Source: the human T2T-CHM13v2.0 reference genome, Homo sapiens
DNA length: 64,000 bases
Assembly (NCBI RefSeq): GCF_009914755.1
Contig: NC_060946.1
Direction: 5' to 3' (one strand)
The notes below the pieces were generated by a model. It was given only the letters and a program-made list of their open reading frames with translations. It had not been told where the DNA came from and made no database searches. Positions within the stretch are counted from its first letter, which is position 1; each line of letters opens with the position of its first letter. This document shows, in pieces, positions 48,365 through 62,577 of this stretch. Both the position numbers and the translations under genes were made by a program.

Positions 48365-49200
48365 ATAGAAGTTTCCAATAATTTTGGAACACATATTAAT
48401 AACATATTTATAAAAATACAGTACAAAGTAGCCCAAACATCATTCACTCTTCTATTTGAAAGTTTTCCCTCTATTCTAATGTCACAATCTCCAGCGTTAT
48501 TAATCAGAATCCTGCATTTAAGGGCATCTGTTAAATTTTATAGCTGATTATAAAACCATCATTTAAAGAGGACCAAAATGAGACAATTGTCTGTGGATGA
48601 TAAAAACATTAAGGGCAGCCACAGTTAAGGACATGAACAACAGCCTTTAAAGTAGAATTTGTTGTAGGGCCTATTATGTGGGAGATATTTCTAGTTGTTA
48701 CCTCTTTTATTCTAAACCATGGAAAAAGGACCTATCAAATAAAGTCCTTCTAGAAGAGTGAAGGGCTCCTGGCAATGTTCTCTTTAATCCATGCTGTGGG
48801 ATAAGGGGAGTTTTTACGGATTATGAGGCAATGTATATACCACTAAAGTTTCAACACCCCAAAAGGAAAAAAAAGGGGGGGAGGGAAGTCCTGGAAGAAC
48901 CAGATGGAGCCGTAGCAGAAGATGATTTCAATCCACTGACCCCTGAATTGTGGGCTGGTTGTGCTGCATCGCTCTGTGACTTATGATTCTGCCACAAAAA
49001 AGATCTAATTCCCAGGGTTATAGGAAAAGACACCTGTGGTACCCCTGAGGCAGAGAGAAGGGATAAATCCAAACCCGACTTAAGTCTAGGGTTCTTAAAC
49101 CACACAGTCTGCTCACAAGGAGGACCTTAACTCTGAAGATACTGATTTGGGGCTGTTTCAAAGAAAGAAATTATAAATATGAGTGGGAAAGAGAACAACC
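48365..49200. mobile_element. Probable degenerate ERV internal fragment
   Basis: Resembles MER4-group internal sequence from memory; no protein motif verified. Confidence 0.3.
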
Positions 49201-49226
49201 TTCGCCATATCCAGTGGCAAAAAAAT

Positions 49227-49609
49227 GAGAGAGAGGGAAGAAAGGAAGGAGGGAAAGAAGGAGAGAGGGAAGAAAGGAGGGAAGGAAGGAGAGAGGGAAG
49301 AAAAGAGGGAAGGAAGGAGAGAGGGAAGGAAGGAAGTAGGGAGGGAGGGAGGAATGGAAGGAAGGAGAGAGGGAAGGAAGGAATGAAGGAAGGAGAGAGA
49401 GAGAAGGAGGGCAGGAAGGAAGGAAAGGAAGGAGAGAGGGAAGGAAGGAGGGAGGGAGGGAAGGAAGGAAGGAGAGAGGGAAGTAAGGAGGGAAGGAAGA
49501 AAAGGAAAGAGGGAAGGAAGGAGGGAAGGAATGAAGGAAGGAAAGAGGGAAGGAAGGAAGGAAAGATGGAAGGAAGGAAGGAGGGAAGGAAGGAAGGAAG
49601 GGAAGGAAG
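49227..49609. repeat. GA-rich (GGAA/GGGA) polypurine tract
   Basis: ~380 bp almost purely A/G. Confidence 0.97.
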
Positions 49610-50079
49610 TTGGATATGCACAAAAACAAAATTTAAATTAGAATTCTATCATCTGACCTAATTGGAAATGTACTATTTTCTAAAATAACTTATACAGTCC
49701 AAAAGTAAAAGGGTGCTGTTTGGTATTTGTAACTCTCCAGCATATATTCTAATCAATTTTAACATCTGTTGAAATCTACCAATTGGCATACCTTCACAAA
49801 CTTAATCAATACTGGAGCTCAAACTTTGTTATACCTGAGATTTCACTAAATTTAAACATTGCATCCCCTAATCCTAGCAGAGTAACTGCATATAGAATAG
49901 AGGACACATAGTTATGCCTCACATTTGTTACCTTGACTAAATTTCCCGTAGTCATAGAAGCCTTTGTCCATAGGGGACCTAGATGCTCTGACCCAATGAG
50001 TAACAAATTGATATTAAATCATTTGAACTTACACATTGACTTCACCAAATGTAACCTTACAGAACTCTCTCTCCTGTTT

Positions 50080-50399
50080 TTTTTTAATTTGATTTATTTT
50101 TAATTTTTCATTTTTTTTTAGAGATGGGGTCTTGCTCCATTACCCAGGCTGAATGAAGTGCGGTGGCACAATCATAGCTCACTGCTGCCTTGAACTCCTG
50201 GGCTCAAGCAATCCTCCCATTTTAGCCTTCCAAATAGCTGGGATTACAGGCATGTACCAGCACAGCCAATTTAAAAAATTATAGAAGTGGAGTCTTGCTA
50301 TGTTGCCTAGGCTGGTCTCTAACTTCTGGCCTCAAGCAATCCTCCTGCCTCGGACTCCCAAAGTGCTGGGATTACAGGTGTGAGCCATCGCACCTAGCC
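50080..50399 (-). mobile_element. AluJ element
   Basis: aatcatagctcactgctgccttgaactcctgggctcaagcaatcctccc. Confidence 0.85.
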
Positions 50400-50656
50400 T
50401 CCCCATCTTGATAAATTATCAAATATGATCCAACATAAATTACAACATGACTTCAAATAAATAAAACTTATTATATAAGACCTAATTAATTAGTGAAGGG
50501 GTGATAATCCTCATTGCTTCAATGTTTAGCAGTAGAATTTGGCCTGTTCTTAAACCTGCAAATAATAAATGATGTTTCACAGTGGATTACTGTAATGTGA
50601 CTGCAGTGCTCCCATCCATTCAGGCCCTCGTACCCAATGCCTAATATTGTGGTTAA

Positions 50657-53205
50657 TTTTTTTTTATTTCAATAGGTTTTTGGGGAATATGATGGTTTTC
50701 TTTTTATTTCAATAGGTTTTGGGGAAACAGGTGGTTTTTGGTTACAGGACTAAGTTGTTCAGTGGCGATTTCTGAGATTTGTGGTGCACCCATCACCCAA
50801 GCAGTGTACACTGTACCCATTGTGTAGTGTTTTATCCCTCACTGCACCCACCCCACCACTCCCAGCCTTTCTCTGAGTCCCCGAAGACCATTATTTCATT
50901 CTTATGCCTTTGCATCCTCATAGCTTAGCTCTCACTTATGAATGAGAACATACAATGTTTGGTTTTCCATTCCTAAGTTGCTTCACTTAGAATAATGGTG
51001 TCCAGTTTCATCCAGGTTGCTGTGAATGCATTATTTCATTCCATCTTACGGCTGAGTAGTATTCCATGTGGTAAATATTTATACCACATTTTCTTTATCC
51101 ACTTACTGATTGATGGGCATTTAGGCGGTTTCAAATTCTTCTAACTGCATATTGTGCTGCTATAAACATGTGTGTGAAAGTATCTTTTTCATATAATGAC
51201 TTATTTTCCTCTGAGTAGATACCCAGGAGTGGAATTACTGGATCAAATGATAGATCTGCTTTTACTTCTTTGGAAATCTCCTCACTGTTTTCCATAGCTG
51301 TTGTACTAGTTCACATTCCCTCCAAAAAGTGTAAAAGTGTTCCCTTTTTAACACATCCATGGCAACATCTATTAGTTTTTGATTTTTTGATTATGACCAT
51401 TCTTACAGGAGTGAAGGGGTATCATATTGTATTGTGGTTTTGATTTGCATTTCCCTGATAATTAGTTATGCTGAGCATTTTTTCATGTTTGTTGGCCAGT
51501 TGTTTATCTTCTTTTGAGAATTGTCTGTTCATGTCCATAGCCCACTTTTTGATGGGATGTTTTTCTTCCTGGTTTGTTTGAGTTCCTTGCAGATTCTGGG
51601 TGTTAGTTCTTTAATCAGAGGTACAGATTGCGAAGATTTTCTCCCACTCTGTAGGTTATCTGTTTACTCTGCTATTTCTCTTACTGCGCAGAAGCCTTTT
51701 AGTTTAATTAAGTCTCATCTATTTATCTTTGTTTTAGTTGCATTTGCTTTTTGGGTTATTGGTCATGAAGTCTTTGCCTAAGCCAGTGTCTAGAAGGTTT
51801 TTTCCAATGTCGTCTTCTAGAATTTTTATGGTTTCACGTATTAGATTTAAGTCCTTGATCCATCTTGAGTTGATTTTCGAATAGGGTGAGAAATGAGCAT
51901 CCACTTTCATTCTTCTATGTGTGGCTTGCCATTTCAGCACCATTTGTTGAATAGGGTATTCTTTCTCTGCTTTATGTTTTTGTTTGTTTTGTTGAAGATT
52001 AGATGACTGTAAGTATTTGGCTTTATTTCTGTGTTCTCTATTATGTTCCATTGATCTTTATGGCTATTTTTATACCAGTACCATGCTGTTTTGGTGACTA
52101 TGGCCTTCTAGTATAGTTTGAAGTCGGCTTCTAGATTTGTTATTTTTGCTTAGTCTTGCTTTGGCTATACAGACTCTTTTTTGGTTCTAGGCTTTTACTA
52201 CCTTAATGTATTTCCCTTCTATGTCTTTTTTAGTTCCGTGTGAATTTTTGTAGTTCTGTGAAGACTGATGTTGGTACTTTAATGGGGATTGCATTGAGTT
52301 TGTACATTGCTTTTGGCAGTATGGTATTTTCACAATATTGATTTTACCCATCCGTGAGCATGGGATATGTTTCCATTTCTTCATATCTATGATTTCTATC
52401 AGCAGTGTTTTGTAGTTTTCCTTGTAGAGGTCTTTTGTCTCTTTGGTTAAGTATTCCAGATATAATTAAGATTTTGTCTGCAAAGATTGCATGCAATTGA
52501 CAATTATAGGAATATAGTATTATAATTATAGGAATTATAATATTCCTAAGGTTTTTATTGCAACTATTGTAAAAGGGGGTGAGTTTTTATTTAATTCTCA
52601 GCTTGTTCACTATTACTGTATAGCAGAGCCACTGACTTGTGTACGTTAATTTTTTATCCTGAAACTTTGCTGAATTCACCAGTTCTAGTAGCTTTTGGGA
52701 TGAGTCTTTAGGGTTTTCTAGGTATACAATCATGTCATCAGCAAAGAGTGACAGTTCGACTTCCTCTTTACCGATTGGGATGCCCTTTATTTCTCTTATC
52801 TGATTGCTCTGGCGAGGACTTCTAGTACTATGTTGAATAGAAGTGGTGAAAGTTGACATCATTGTCTTGTTCCAGTTCTCAGGGGGAATGCTTTCAACTT
52901 TTCCCCATTCCATATAATGTTGGCTGTGTGTTTGTCATATATGGCTTTTATTACCTTAAGGTATGTCCCTTCTATGTTGATTTTGCTAAGGGTTTTAATC
53001 ATAAAGGGATTCTGGATTTTGTCAAATGCTTTTTCTATGTCAATTTTGCTGAAGGTTTTAGGCATAAAGGGATGATAGATTTTGTCAAATCCTTTTTCTG
53101 CATGTATTGAGAGGATCATGTGATTTTTGTTTTTAATTCTGTTTATATGGTGTATCACATTTATTGACTTGCAGATGTTTAACCATCCTGCATCCCTGGT
53201 TTCTC
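50657..53205 (-). mobile_element. L1PB/old L1PA 3' portion with several local rearrangements
   Basis: Antisense ORF2 remnants ([18 protein letters not shown] in ORF 52587-52913; ORF 52859-53158) and 3' UTR. Confidence 0.88.
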
Positions 53206-53229
53206 TTCAGATCGTATACCTCTTTTGCC

Positions 53230-53662
53230 TTATGATGGTTAATTTTATTTTCCAAGTTGGGTTGCCTAGATATTTGGTTAAACACTCTGGATGTGTCTGT
53301 GAGGGTGTTCCTTGATGAGACGAACATTTGAATATGTAGACTTAGTAAAGTAGTTTCCCTCCCCAGTGTGAGTGGGCCTCATCCAATCCATTAAAACCCA
53401 AATAAAACACAAGGGTAGAGGAAGAGAGAATTCACTCTCTTTGATGATTTCAGAGCTGAGACGTAGATCTTCTCTCGCCTTTGAAGTCAGACGTGGACTG
53501 TAACTTATGCCATCAGCTTTCCTGGTTCTCAGGACTTTAGGCTTGGACTGGAACTCCAACATTGGCAGTCCTGGTTCTCCAGCTTGCTGACTGCAGGTCC
53601 TGGGACTTCTTAGCCTCCATAACCACATGAGCCAATTCCTTATAATAAACCTATATATATTC
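53230..53662 (+). mobile_element. MLT2-family (ERVL) LTR
   Basis: tgatggttaatttt...ctggatgtgtctgtgagggtgtt...gtgggcctcatccaatcc...ttagcctccataaccacatgagccaattccttataataaac. Confidence 0.85.
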
Positions 53663-54111
53663 ATGCAACTGATAAATATTTTGTTGTTACAGATTTGGCT
53701 ACCATGTTCTTCTGGTGCCTATTTTAACAGAGTCTCAGTCATAGCCTGCCTTCATCTCTGAAGGGACCAGGCAACCCACGGAGTGCCTTGGCAGCCTTGT
53801 CATTGCATGCAATCTTCACAGACAAGATCTCACTGCAACCACCTTTCTACAGGAGCACAGGTGTGACATTATACTGATGACATCATTCTCAGAGAAAATT
53901 CATTTTACACACTAAGGACACACAGATACAAGGAGGCTTACACAAAGGGAATGGACCTTTCCCAACACAGTAGTGCATGGCCCTGCCACTTTGCTTCAAT
54001 TCCTGAAATTTCCTTGGTAAATATGGGGCTGCCCTATTCCTGAGACTTTCAAAAAATAGTTATTCATCCTCTCAGCATCCACAATGTTAATATAAGCCTA
54101 ATATTCTTTAA

Positions 54112-54412
<301 letters not shown>

Positions 54413-55794
54413 CCTTTAATTCTTTACTTGGGGTTCAGGTGACAATATATTTCTTATTTACAAATCTTACTTAATTTCACTGATGCTGTCATTGGCAAAC
54501 TGACCCACCTTGAATGAAGCCTCCTCCAAGTCTGGAATCTGTCCGAATTTAAATTAGCAGGTGCTCCTATGAATTCCCTCAGAGAACACACTGTGGATGC
54601 TTTAGCAACCTCTTCCTATGCCTCCTGAAGTATCTGGGTTGCATATGGTGGCCATAAGTAGTCCATGGGCTTCTGATGTAAAAAACAAACCTGCCCCTTT
54701 TGACCCTGTTCTGTACAGCATCAGGGCAGCGATTGCTGACCACATGCTGGATCCTCTGGAAACAGAGGGCTCTGCATCCATGTCCACGAGGCTTCATGCC
54801 CATCTGGCCATCAGGCCTTGGGAAGCAGCACCCCGCAGGCTTGGCACAGCTGCAGAGACCTCCTTGCGTCAGGATGGAGTCAAACCTGGACCCCCTGCCA
54901 TTCTCATCTGCAGGAAACACTGGCCTCCTTCATCCTCAGTCTGTGTTGCTGGAAGTCACCCGTCTCCGAGGCCCCTTGGGATCGACTGAGTGACCAGCAG
55001 TGAAGTTCGTCCACCTTCTGAATGGATGCCATCATCTGACGTGTTGGAGCTCAGTGGGATGCTGCTGCCTTCCCTCGCTTAGCTAGGATGTCCCTGATAA
55101 AGGATGACACCAAAGCCTCAGCACAACTGGCCAAACTTGAGGTGGTCATCTCAGCACTGATGCTGGGCCAACAATTAGCCCCATTTGTACATTTTTACAA
55201 ATTTTTGGCAATTACCAAGAATTGTCCACCTTCCCTCCCCATTGAATTAAAGAAACTTCTTGCCTCATGGATACTCAGAATACAGTCAAGGTAACAGATG
55301 CCTTTTTTTTAACCAAGGACACAATACAGATCTCACAGGGACACTCCTTATCCTCTGCAGAGAGTTCCAGACACTACTGATGGTGACCAAGGCAACATTT
55401 CATCAGAAAACACAGTGCTAGGCTTGTGAAAGTGTCCAGTAGGGCTTCCACTGCCCCTGTAGGCTGCAGGCAGCTGCTTTAGTTGAGAGATAGACTGAGC
55501 TCCTCAAAGAATTCCTATTTAAGTTACAAAGCAGCGAGTGGATGTCCTGCTGGGTTCCACTGTTGCCACAGGCTTTGATTACTCTTAAGTTCATGCTTCT
55601 TAGGAAATTGCACTTTTTACACCAATGCTACACAGTTCCCTCAGTTGCCTTTACTAGACATCAAGGAGTTCACATTTTTGACAACCATTCAGTCCAGGAC
55701 TGTCCAAGGGGTGGAGGTAGCTCCATACAGGAAGCTGCCTGCTGCGTGTGGATCAGTAATATCAGACTTGCCCAACAACTCACTGGAGACATGA

Positions 55795-55947
55795 AAACCA
55801 ATGCATGGGGGATGCATGACATCACCCAAATATTTATGAACATGCTTGTGCTGCCAGAGACCCCAGATCTCTAAACCAATGCATGGGGAATGCATGACAT
55901 CACCCAAATATTTACGAACACACTTGTGCTGCCAGAGACCCCAGATC
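55795..55947. repeat. 78-bp tandem duplication
   Basis: aaaccaatgcatgggg...gagaccccagatc starting at 55795 and 55873. Confidence 0.93.
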
Positions 55948-56145
55948 ACTTTTCCTGCCTCCTGCTAAATAGATGGGGGCAGTAGATTTGCATCGGTTTC
56001 CACATTACATTACTCATAACTGTGGCCTTCCTAATTTATCATGTCCCTAAGCACTTATTACAATGTCTCAGCAGCTTTCTCTCAGCATCTCAAAATATTA
56101 GTCATCATGAAAATAAATGTCTGATGTTAAAGCATCAGAGGTCAA

Positions 56146-56495
56146 TTGTATTGTGACACCTAAAATTTCATGCAGCACCCCACCATGTTCTCAGCCTAAT
56201 GGCTTTCATGCCCCCACCAGACTGCAAAGCTCTGAATTAGTCAAGCACATCCCTGAAGGGACCAAGGGTTACCCCACCCTCTGATTTCTACCAAGCCTGC
56301 CTCCCACACCCTCTGTTCCAGAGTGCAACCCTGGGTAGACCTGCATAAATGCAGTGTCATCCCCCTGGCTGAGTATGTGTGACTAGTAAATTACTGGGAA
56401 TTTCGTCTGCTCAGTGTTTGTTTTGTCTGCAGCCATTCCCAGAATTCTAGGACAAGACTAGCTTCTTCGCCAATGGGGTGAACAGGAAGGAACCC
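56146..56495 (+). mobile_element. ERVL LTR (LTR40-like)
   Basis: Follows the ERVL pol remnant; ends ...ccaatggggtgaacaggaagg, as recalled for LTR40. Confidence 0.5.
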
Positions 56496-57363
56496 GAGTA
56501 GGAATTGCCTTTTTAAAAAAATCCCTTCCCACCCTCTTAATTATGTAATGCATGCATTTTTATAGCTTTTTTGCTCATTCCATTACCTGAGGTCAGCCAC
56601 TGATATTTAACCCATCCTTAGCCTCGGAGGAGGGCAGAGGAGCACTGGTCATATTGATTTTGCTAGCGGTGACATGATTTCCTCCTGTGCCACTCAAATT
56701 CTCTCCTTCTTTAACTTGATGCTCAGTAGGTTGTGTTTCGCTCGTCTTTGCAGATTGTTAGGAAGATGAGACTCAGCTTTCATTTTTGATGTTGCCATAA
56801 AGAAGACTCCATGGTAATGTTTATTTGCACAATCAACTTTTTCTTTTCCCCCAGAAATTGCAAATTCTTATGTGAGAGACAGCTTTCTGGAGTCTGCAAA
56901 CATAGAGTATCGTCTCTCTTTTGATGGTAAATTTATTATATCCCCACCATCAATAAAATACTTACATATAATTTTGGCATGTCATATTGATTGCCAACTA
57001 CACGTAAGAACATTCCTTGATTTTAAATCTAGACTAATTATGAAAATTTGGGTAGTCACAAAAAATTATTGTGTACAAATTTATAGACCTTAGGATTAAA
57101 TGAGTTACTATTAACTAATATTTATTGTGCAGTCAGTGTATGGCAGAAGCTTACTATGTACTATTTCATTTTATACTTAAAACACTATTCTATGCAAAAT
57201 GCTATAATTTCACCATGCCTCCAATTTGGACATGATAAAACTCGGTCACGTAAAGTTTTCACCCCAGAGTTCTCTGCTTAGTAAGAAGTAGAAATAAGTT
57301 TAAACCTAAGTTATCTGATTTCAGAGCCCATATAGTTAAATGCTCTAAATGCAGCTTCCCCTA

Positions 57364-58856
57364 GTGATGGTGACTATGAGAGCCTGTCACATATGATGTA
57401 GGACAGTGCTTCCCTCTGTAACATGCACAAAATTCCCGTGATGATGGTGACTATGACAGCCTGTCAGATACTATGTAGGACAGTGCTTCCCTTTAATATG
57501 CACAGGATTCCCTTGATGATGGTGACTATGACAGCCTGTCACATATGATGTAGGACAGTGCTTCCCTGTAACATGCAGAGGATTCCCGTGATGACGGTGA
57601 CTATGAGAGCCTGTCACATATGATGTAGGACAGTGCTTCCCTGTAACGTGGGCAAGATTCCCGTGATGATGGTGACTATGAGAGCCTGTCAGATACTATG
57701 TAGAACAGTGCTTCCCTGTAACATGCACAAGATTCTTGTGATGATGCTGACTATTTGAGCCTGTCACATATGATGTAGGACAGTGCTTCCCTGTAACATG
57801 CACAAGATTCCCGTGATGATGGTGACTATGACAGCCTGTCATATGTGATGTAGGACAGTGCTTCCCTTTAACGTGTGCAAGATTCCCGTGATGATGGTGA
57901 CTATGAGAGCCTGTCAGATACGATGTAGGACAGTGCTTCCCTGTAACATGCAGAGGATTCCTGTGATGATGATGACTTTGAGAACCTGTCAGATACTATG
58001 TAGGACAGTGCTTCCCTTTAATATGCACAAGATTCCCGTGATGATGGTGCCTATGACAGCCTGTCACATATGATGTAGGACAGTGCTTCCTCTGTAACAC
58101 ACACAAGATTCCCGTGATGATTGTGACTATGAGTGCCTGTCTGATACGATGTAGGACAGTGCTTCCCTGTAACATGCACAAGATTCTCGTGATGATGGTG
58201 ACTATGAGAGCCTGTCACATATGATGTAGGCCAGTGCTTCCCTGTAACGAGTAGAAGATTCTCGTGATGATGGTGACTATGAGAGCCTGTCACATATGAT
58301 GTAGGACCGTGCTTCCTTGTAACATGCACAAGATTCCCATGTTGATGGTGACTATGAGAGCCTGCCACATATGATGTAGGACAATGCTTCCCTGTAACAT
58401 GCACAGGATTCCCGTGATGATGGTAACTATGAGAGCCTGTCACATATGATGTAGGACAATGCTTCCCTGTAACGTGCCCAAGATTCCCGTGATGATGATG
58501 ACTATGAGAGCCTGTCACATATGATGTAGGACACTGCTTCCTCTGTAACACACACAAGATTCCCGTGAGAATTGTGACTATGAGAGCATGTCTGATACGA
58601 TGTAGGACAGTGCTTCCTTGTAACATGCACAAGATTCCCTTGATGATGGTGACTATGAGAGCCTGTCACATATGATGTAGGACAGTGCTTCCCTGTAACA
58701 TGCCCAAGATTCCGGTGATGATGGTGATTATGAGAGCCTGTCAGATACTCTGTAGAACAGTGCTTCCCTGTAACATGCACAAGATTCCCGTGATGATGGT
58801 GACTATGAGAGCCTGTCAGATACGATGTAGGACATTGCTTCCCTGTAACATGCACA
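57364..58856. repeat. Minisatellite, 75-bp unit, ~20 copies
   Basis: Consensus gtgatgatggtgactatgagagcctgtcacatatgatgtaggacagtgcttccctgtaacatgcacaagattccc; registers at 57601, 57676, 57751, 57826, 57901. Confidence 0.97.
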
Positions 58857-59441
58857 ATATTCACCCTGGAATCTTATTAAAATGCAAACTCATAGACCAC
58901 ACTTTGACTAGCTAAGACAAGAGTATTTAAATGGATGTCCAGGTGACAGTGCTAAGATCCTACTCTTCATGTGGGCACTGGCTCACCATATTAATGAAGC
59001 TTAGGACCTCCAGTCCCTGCTGGAAAAGAAATACAGATACATAGGATATGACTGTGCATATGGAATGTCTGTTGTGTTCTTGACATTGTACTAGACGCTA
59101 GAGATAAAAAGTCAAATATCCCTTGCCTCTTTCTGAAAGGAGCTTCCTACACAGTGGCTTCTGACTGCAGTGTATATTTTCTCTTCTGTCCTGGGTGGGT
59201 GAGCTCTATCTCAATGTTGGTAACTGAACACTGCCCAATGGGTTTGATGGGGGAGATCACAGCTAGCTGCGCTCCCACATAGCTATGACCACAGCGTACC
59301 TCGTGATGCCATTTCCCCCTTGTCAGAAGCCTCCCTCCAGTATCATACACGCTCCCCATGATTATAAATTCTTCCTCCTTCCACTAAATGTTCCTAAATC
59401 TTGCAAAGATAAAAACGTAAACCACATTTTTGTCATATTAG

Positions 59442-59766
<325 letters not shown>

Positions 59767-59961
59767 AAGTTCCTTATTTTTCATGTGTTTAATATTTTCT
59801 CCCAATTTATAGAATATATTGATTAAGAATAAATTTTAGCCATGCACATCTTTTACAAACTTCATGATATACTTTGCTATATTTAAATTTCTTATACTCA
59901 TAAAATGTGTGTTCTGATCTCACGTTGGCTTCCATTTCTTCCCTCTGGCTTCTATTAGTTT

Positions 59962-60061
59962 AGGCTATGAGCAGAGATGGACGAGGTGGCTACTGTAATA
60001 GATCAAGGCTATGAGCAGAGATGGATGAGGCAGTGGCTGTAATGGATTAAGGCTATGAGCA
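59962..60061. repeat. 44-bp tandem repeat, ~2.3 copies
   Basis: aggctatgagca at 59962, 60006, 60050. Confidence 0.9.
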
Positions 60062-60161
60062 TCTTGTGAAGTAGGATGTAAAATCTGTAAATGTCAGAAT
60101 GAATCCAAACTTACCAATTCAAAGCTGGATTGTAAAACAGCTCAAAAAAAGACTGAAAACA

Positions 60162-60448
<287 letters not shown>

Positions 60449-61435
60449 GCTCTAAACAAAAGTGGCTAGAAAAGTAGCTCAAGTTGTTCCTGTCTGGTTA
60501 AATAGAAACATAAATGAACTACTTATGTGCCCCAGTGGCTTCATAATGCTGAGAGGAAAGTCAATTATTCTAGCAGGTTCTAGAAAACTTTATCATATCA
60601 TGGGGTTCAATGAAAATATCAAATCATATATATAATAATCAAATCTGAAAGTGAATCTAGTTTCAAAGACCTCAGAGGCCAGTGTGTAGGAAGCTCTTTT
60701 CAGATAGAGACAAGGGATTATTTGACTTCTTATCTCTGTTGTCTAGCACAATGTCCAGAACACAACAGATATTCCATATGCACAGTCACATCCTGTGTAT
60801 GTGTATTTCTTTTCCAGCAAGGACTAGAGGTCCTAAGCTTTGTTTATATGGTGAGCCAGTGCCCAAATGAGCAGCAGAATCTTAGCACAGTCAGCTACAC
60901 ACTCATTTCAATGCTCTGGCCTCTTATCAAAGCTAGTCAAAGTGTGGGCTATGGTTTTGCATTTTAAGGGATCCCCGGGTGAATCTTGTGGCTGTCAAAG
61001 GAGGAGAAGCACTGCCCTCAAAATATAGAAAAGGTGAACTAATTTATACAGGCAGGTGGCTGTTTATTTATGTATTTATTTATCTTGTTGATGGGAAGAT
61101 TCAAATTGACATACACAATCACCCCCATAAGTATTTCAGGTAAAAAACAAAGGTTTAGATATCAGATGTGTTTTACAATTACCACACCAGTCTTTTTACT
61201 ACAGAATCTAGTAGCATATTTCCAATAGATCTAGGTGAAAATTTCTATCTCATGACCCTTCTGTCAGTATTTTTAAAATTGGATACTCTATTAGTGGCCA
61301 AATTGAATCTCTTACAGGCATCTCACTCAAACTGCAGTCATACTTTCCAATAGGCCCCATAAAAATCCTTGTTCTGGAGCAATCTAATATATTTATCCAC
61401 CTATTTAGACACTTAGGTAAGTATAATAATACAAG

Positions 61436-61438
<3 letters not shown>

Positions 61439-61471
<33 letters not shown>
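61439..61471. repeat. (TG)16 microsatellite
   Basis: Perfect TG run. Confidence 0.95.
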
Positions 61472-61473
<2 letters not shown>

Positions 61474-62577
61474 TGTGTACCTTGTGGCCTCTTGTCCAGT
61501 TTCTGCAACACCTGAATCTGAGGCAAGTTTAATGTAAATAACGTCCAGCAATTTAGAAATGTTGACTTTTATGTGTCCATCAGGAAAAAAGGATGAATGT
61601 TATTGTAGAGTAAATTTTCATTCTGGAAAAAATGCTTACAGTTTGAATATTACTTTCATGCTTTCCACAGATATTATACACAGATATTATATTCCAAGGA
61701 TTATGTTTCAAAGTCTTCAAAAATAGAAAATTCATTTTATATTTCTAGCTGAAAATAATAACAGTAATTAGCCTACCTTTGGGGAAATGTGATAAAAATA
61801 CTAATGACCATCACAACTCATTAAAAGCATAAAATGTGCAATGATTTAAACTACATGTTCTTTCTATGAATCTGCATAGAAATATAGACACATTTGATAA
61901 ATGCTATTTAAAGTCTGAGTGCTTTGGTAAATGATTCATTTATAGGTTGAAGGGATTACTTTTATCTGCCTTCATAGTGAGAATTAGATTTCTATTCTTT
62001 ATAAAGCAGGGAATACAGATTGTGCATGGAGTAAAAGCCTTCAATCCTTATTAATAATGATGGTAGCTGCGCTGCAGAAAAGAAAGCCTGTCAGAGTAAC
62101 ATGTTCAGTTTTACATCATAATCAGAGGTATGTCTATCTCTGTTGAAGGCAGAATTAAAAACGCCTTCAACGTTTTTAAAATAATAGATGAAAAACATCT
62201 CAACGTCACTTTTAAAATTTGAATTGACGATTCCACATAACAGGAAAAGGACCAAGACCATCTTAAATACGTCATGATGGAAGTGATGTTTTAAGTGCAA
62301 TTTCATCAAGGAGAAGTTTTTCCAGAAAGTCTTTTGATCAGTAAGAAGCTTATTTACTCTGGTAAATAATTTATCGTAAGATGAGAAAGACTCGATTTTT
62401 TAAAAACAATAAAAAATTTACATGGTTTAATCTAATGTTGTGAATTCGAAAGTACTACTTTTGCCCTTACAGTTACGCTTGTGTATTTATATGCATTTTC
62501 TTGGTTCATTCAAATGCCAATAAAATACTTTACTATCCAGGCCCCTTAAAAGCCAAATTAATTTCTAAAAGTGAGGA

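Noticed and set aside
49127-49661. Pro/Ser/Phe-rich and Glu/Gly/Arg/Lys-rich ORFs
   Set aside because: Translation of the GGAA simple repeat
57364-58856. CRISPR-like array
   Set aside because: Units are head-to-tail with no unique spacers, no cas genes, and the DNA is primate; it is a minisatellite
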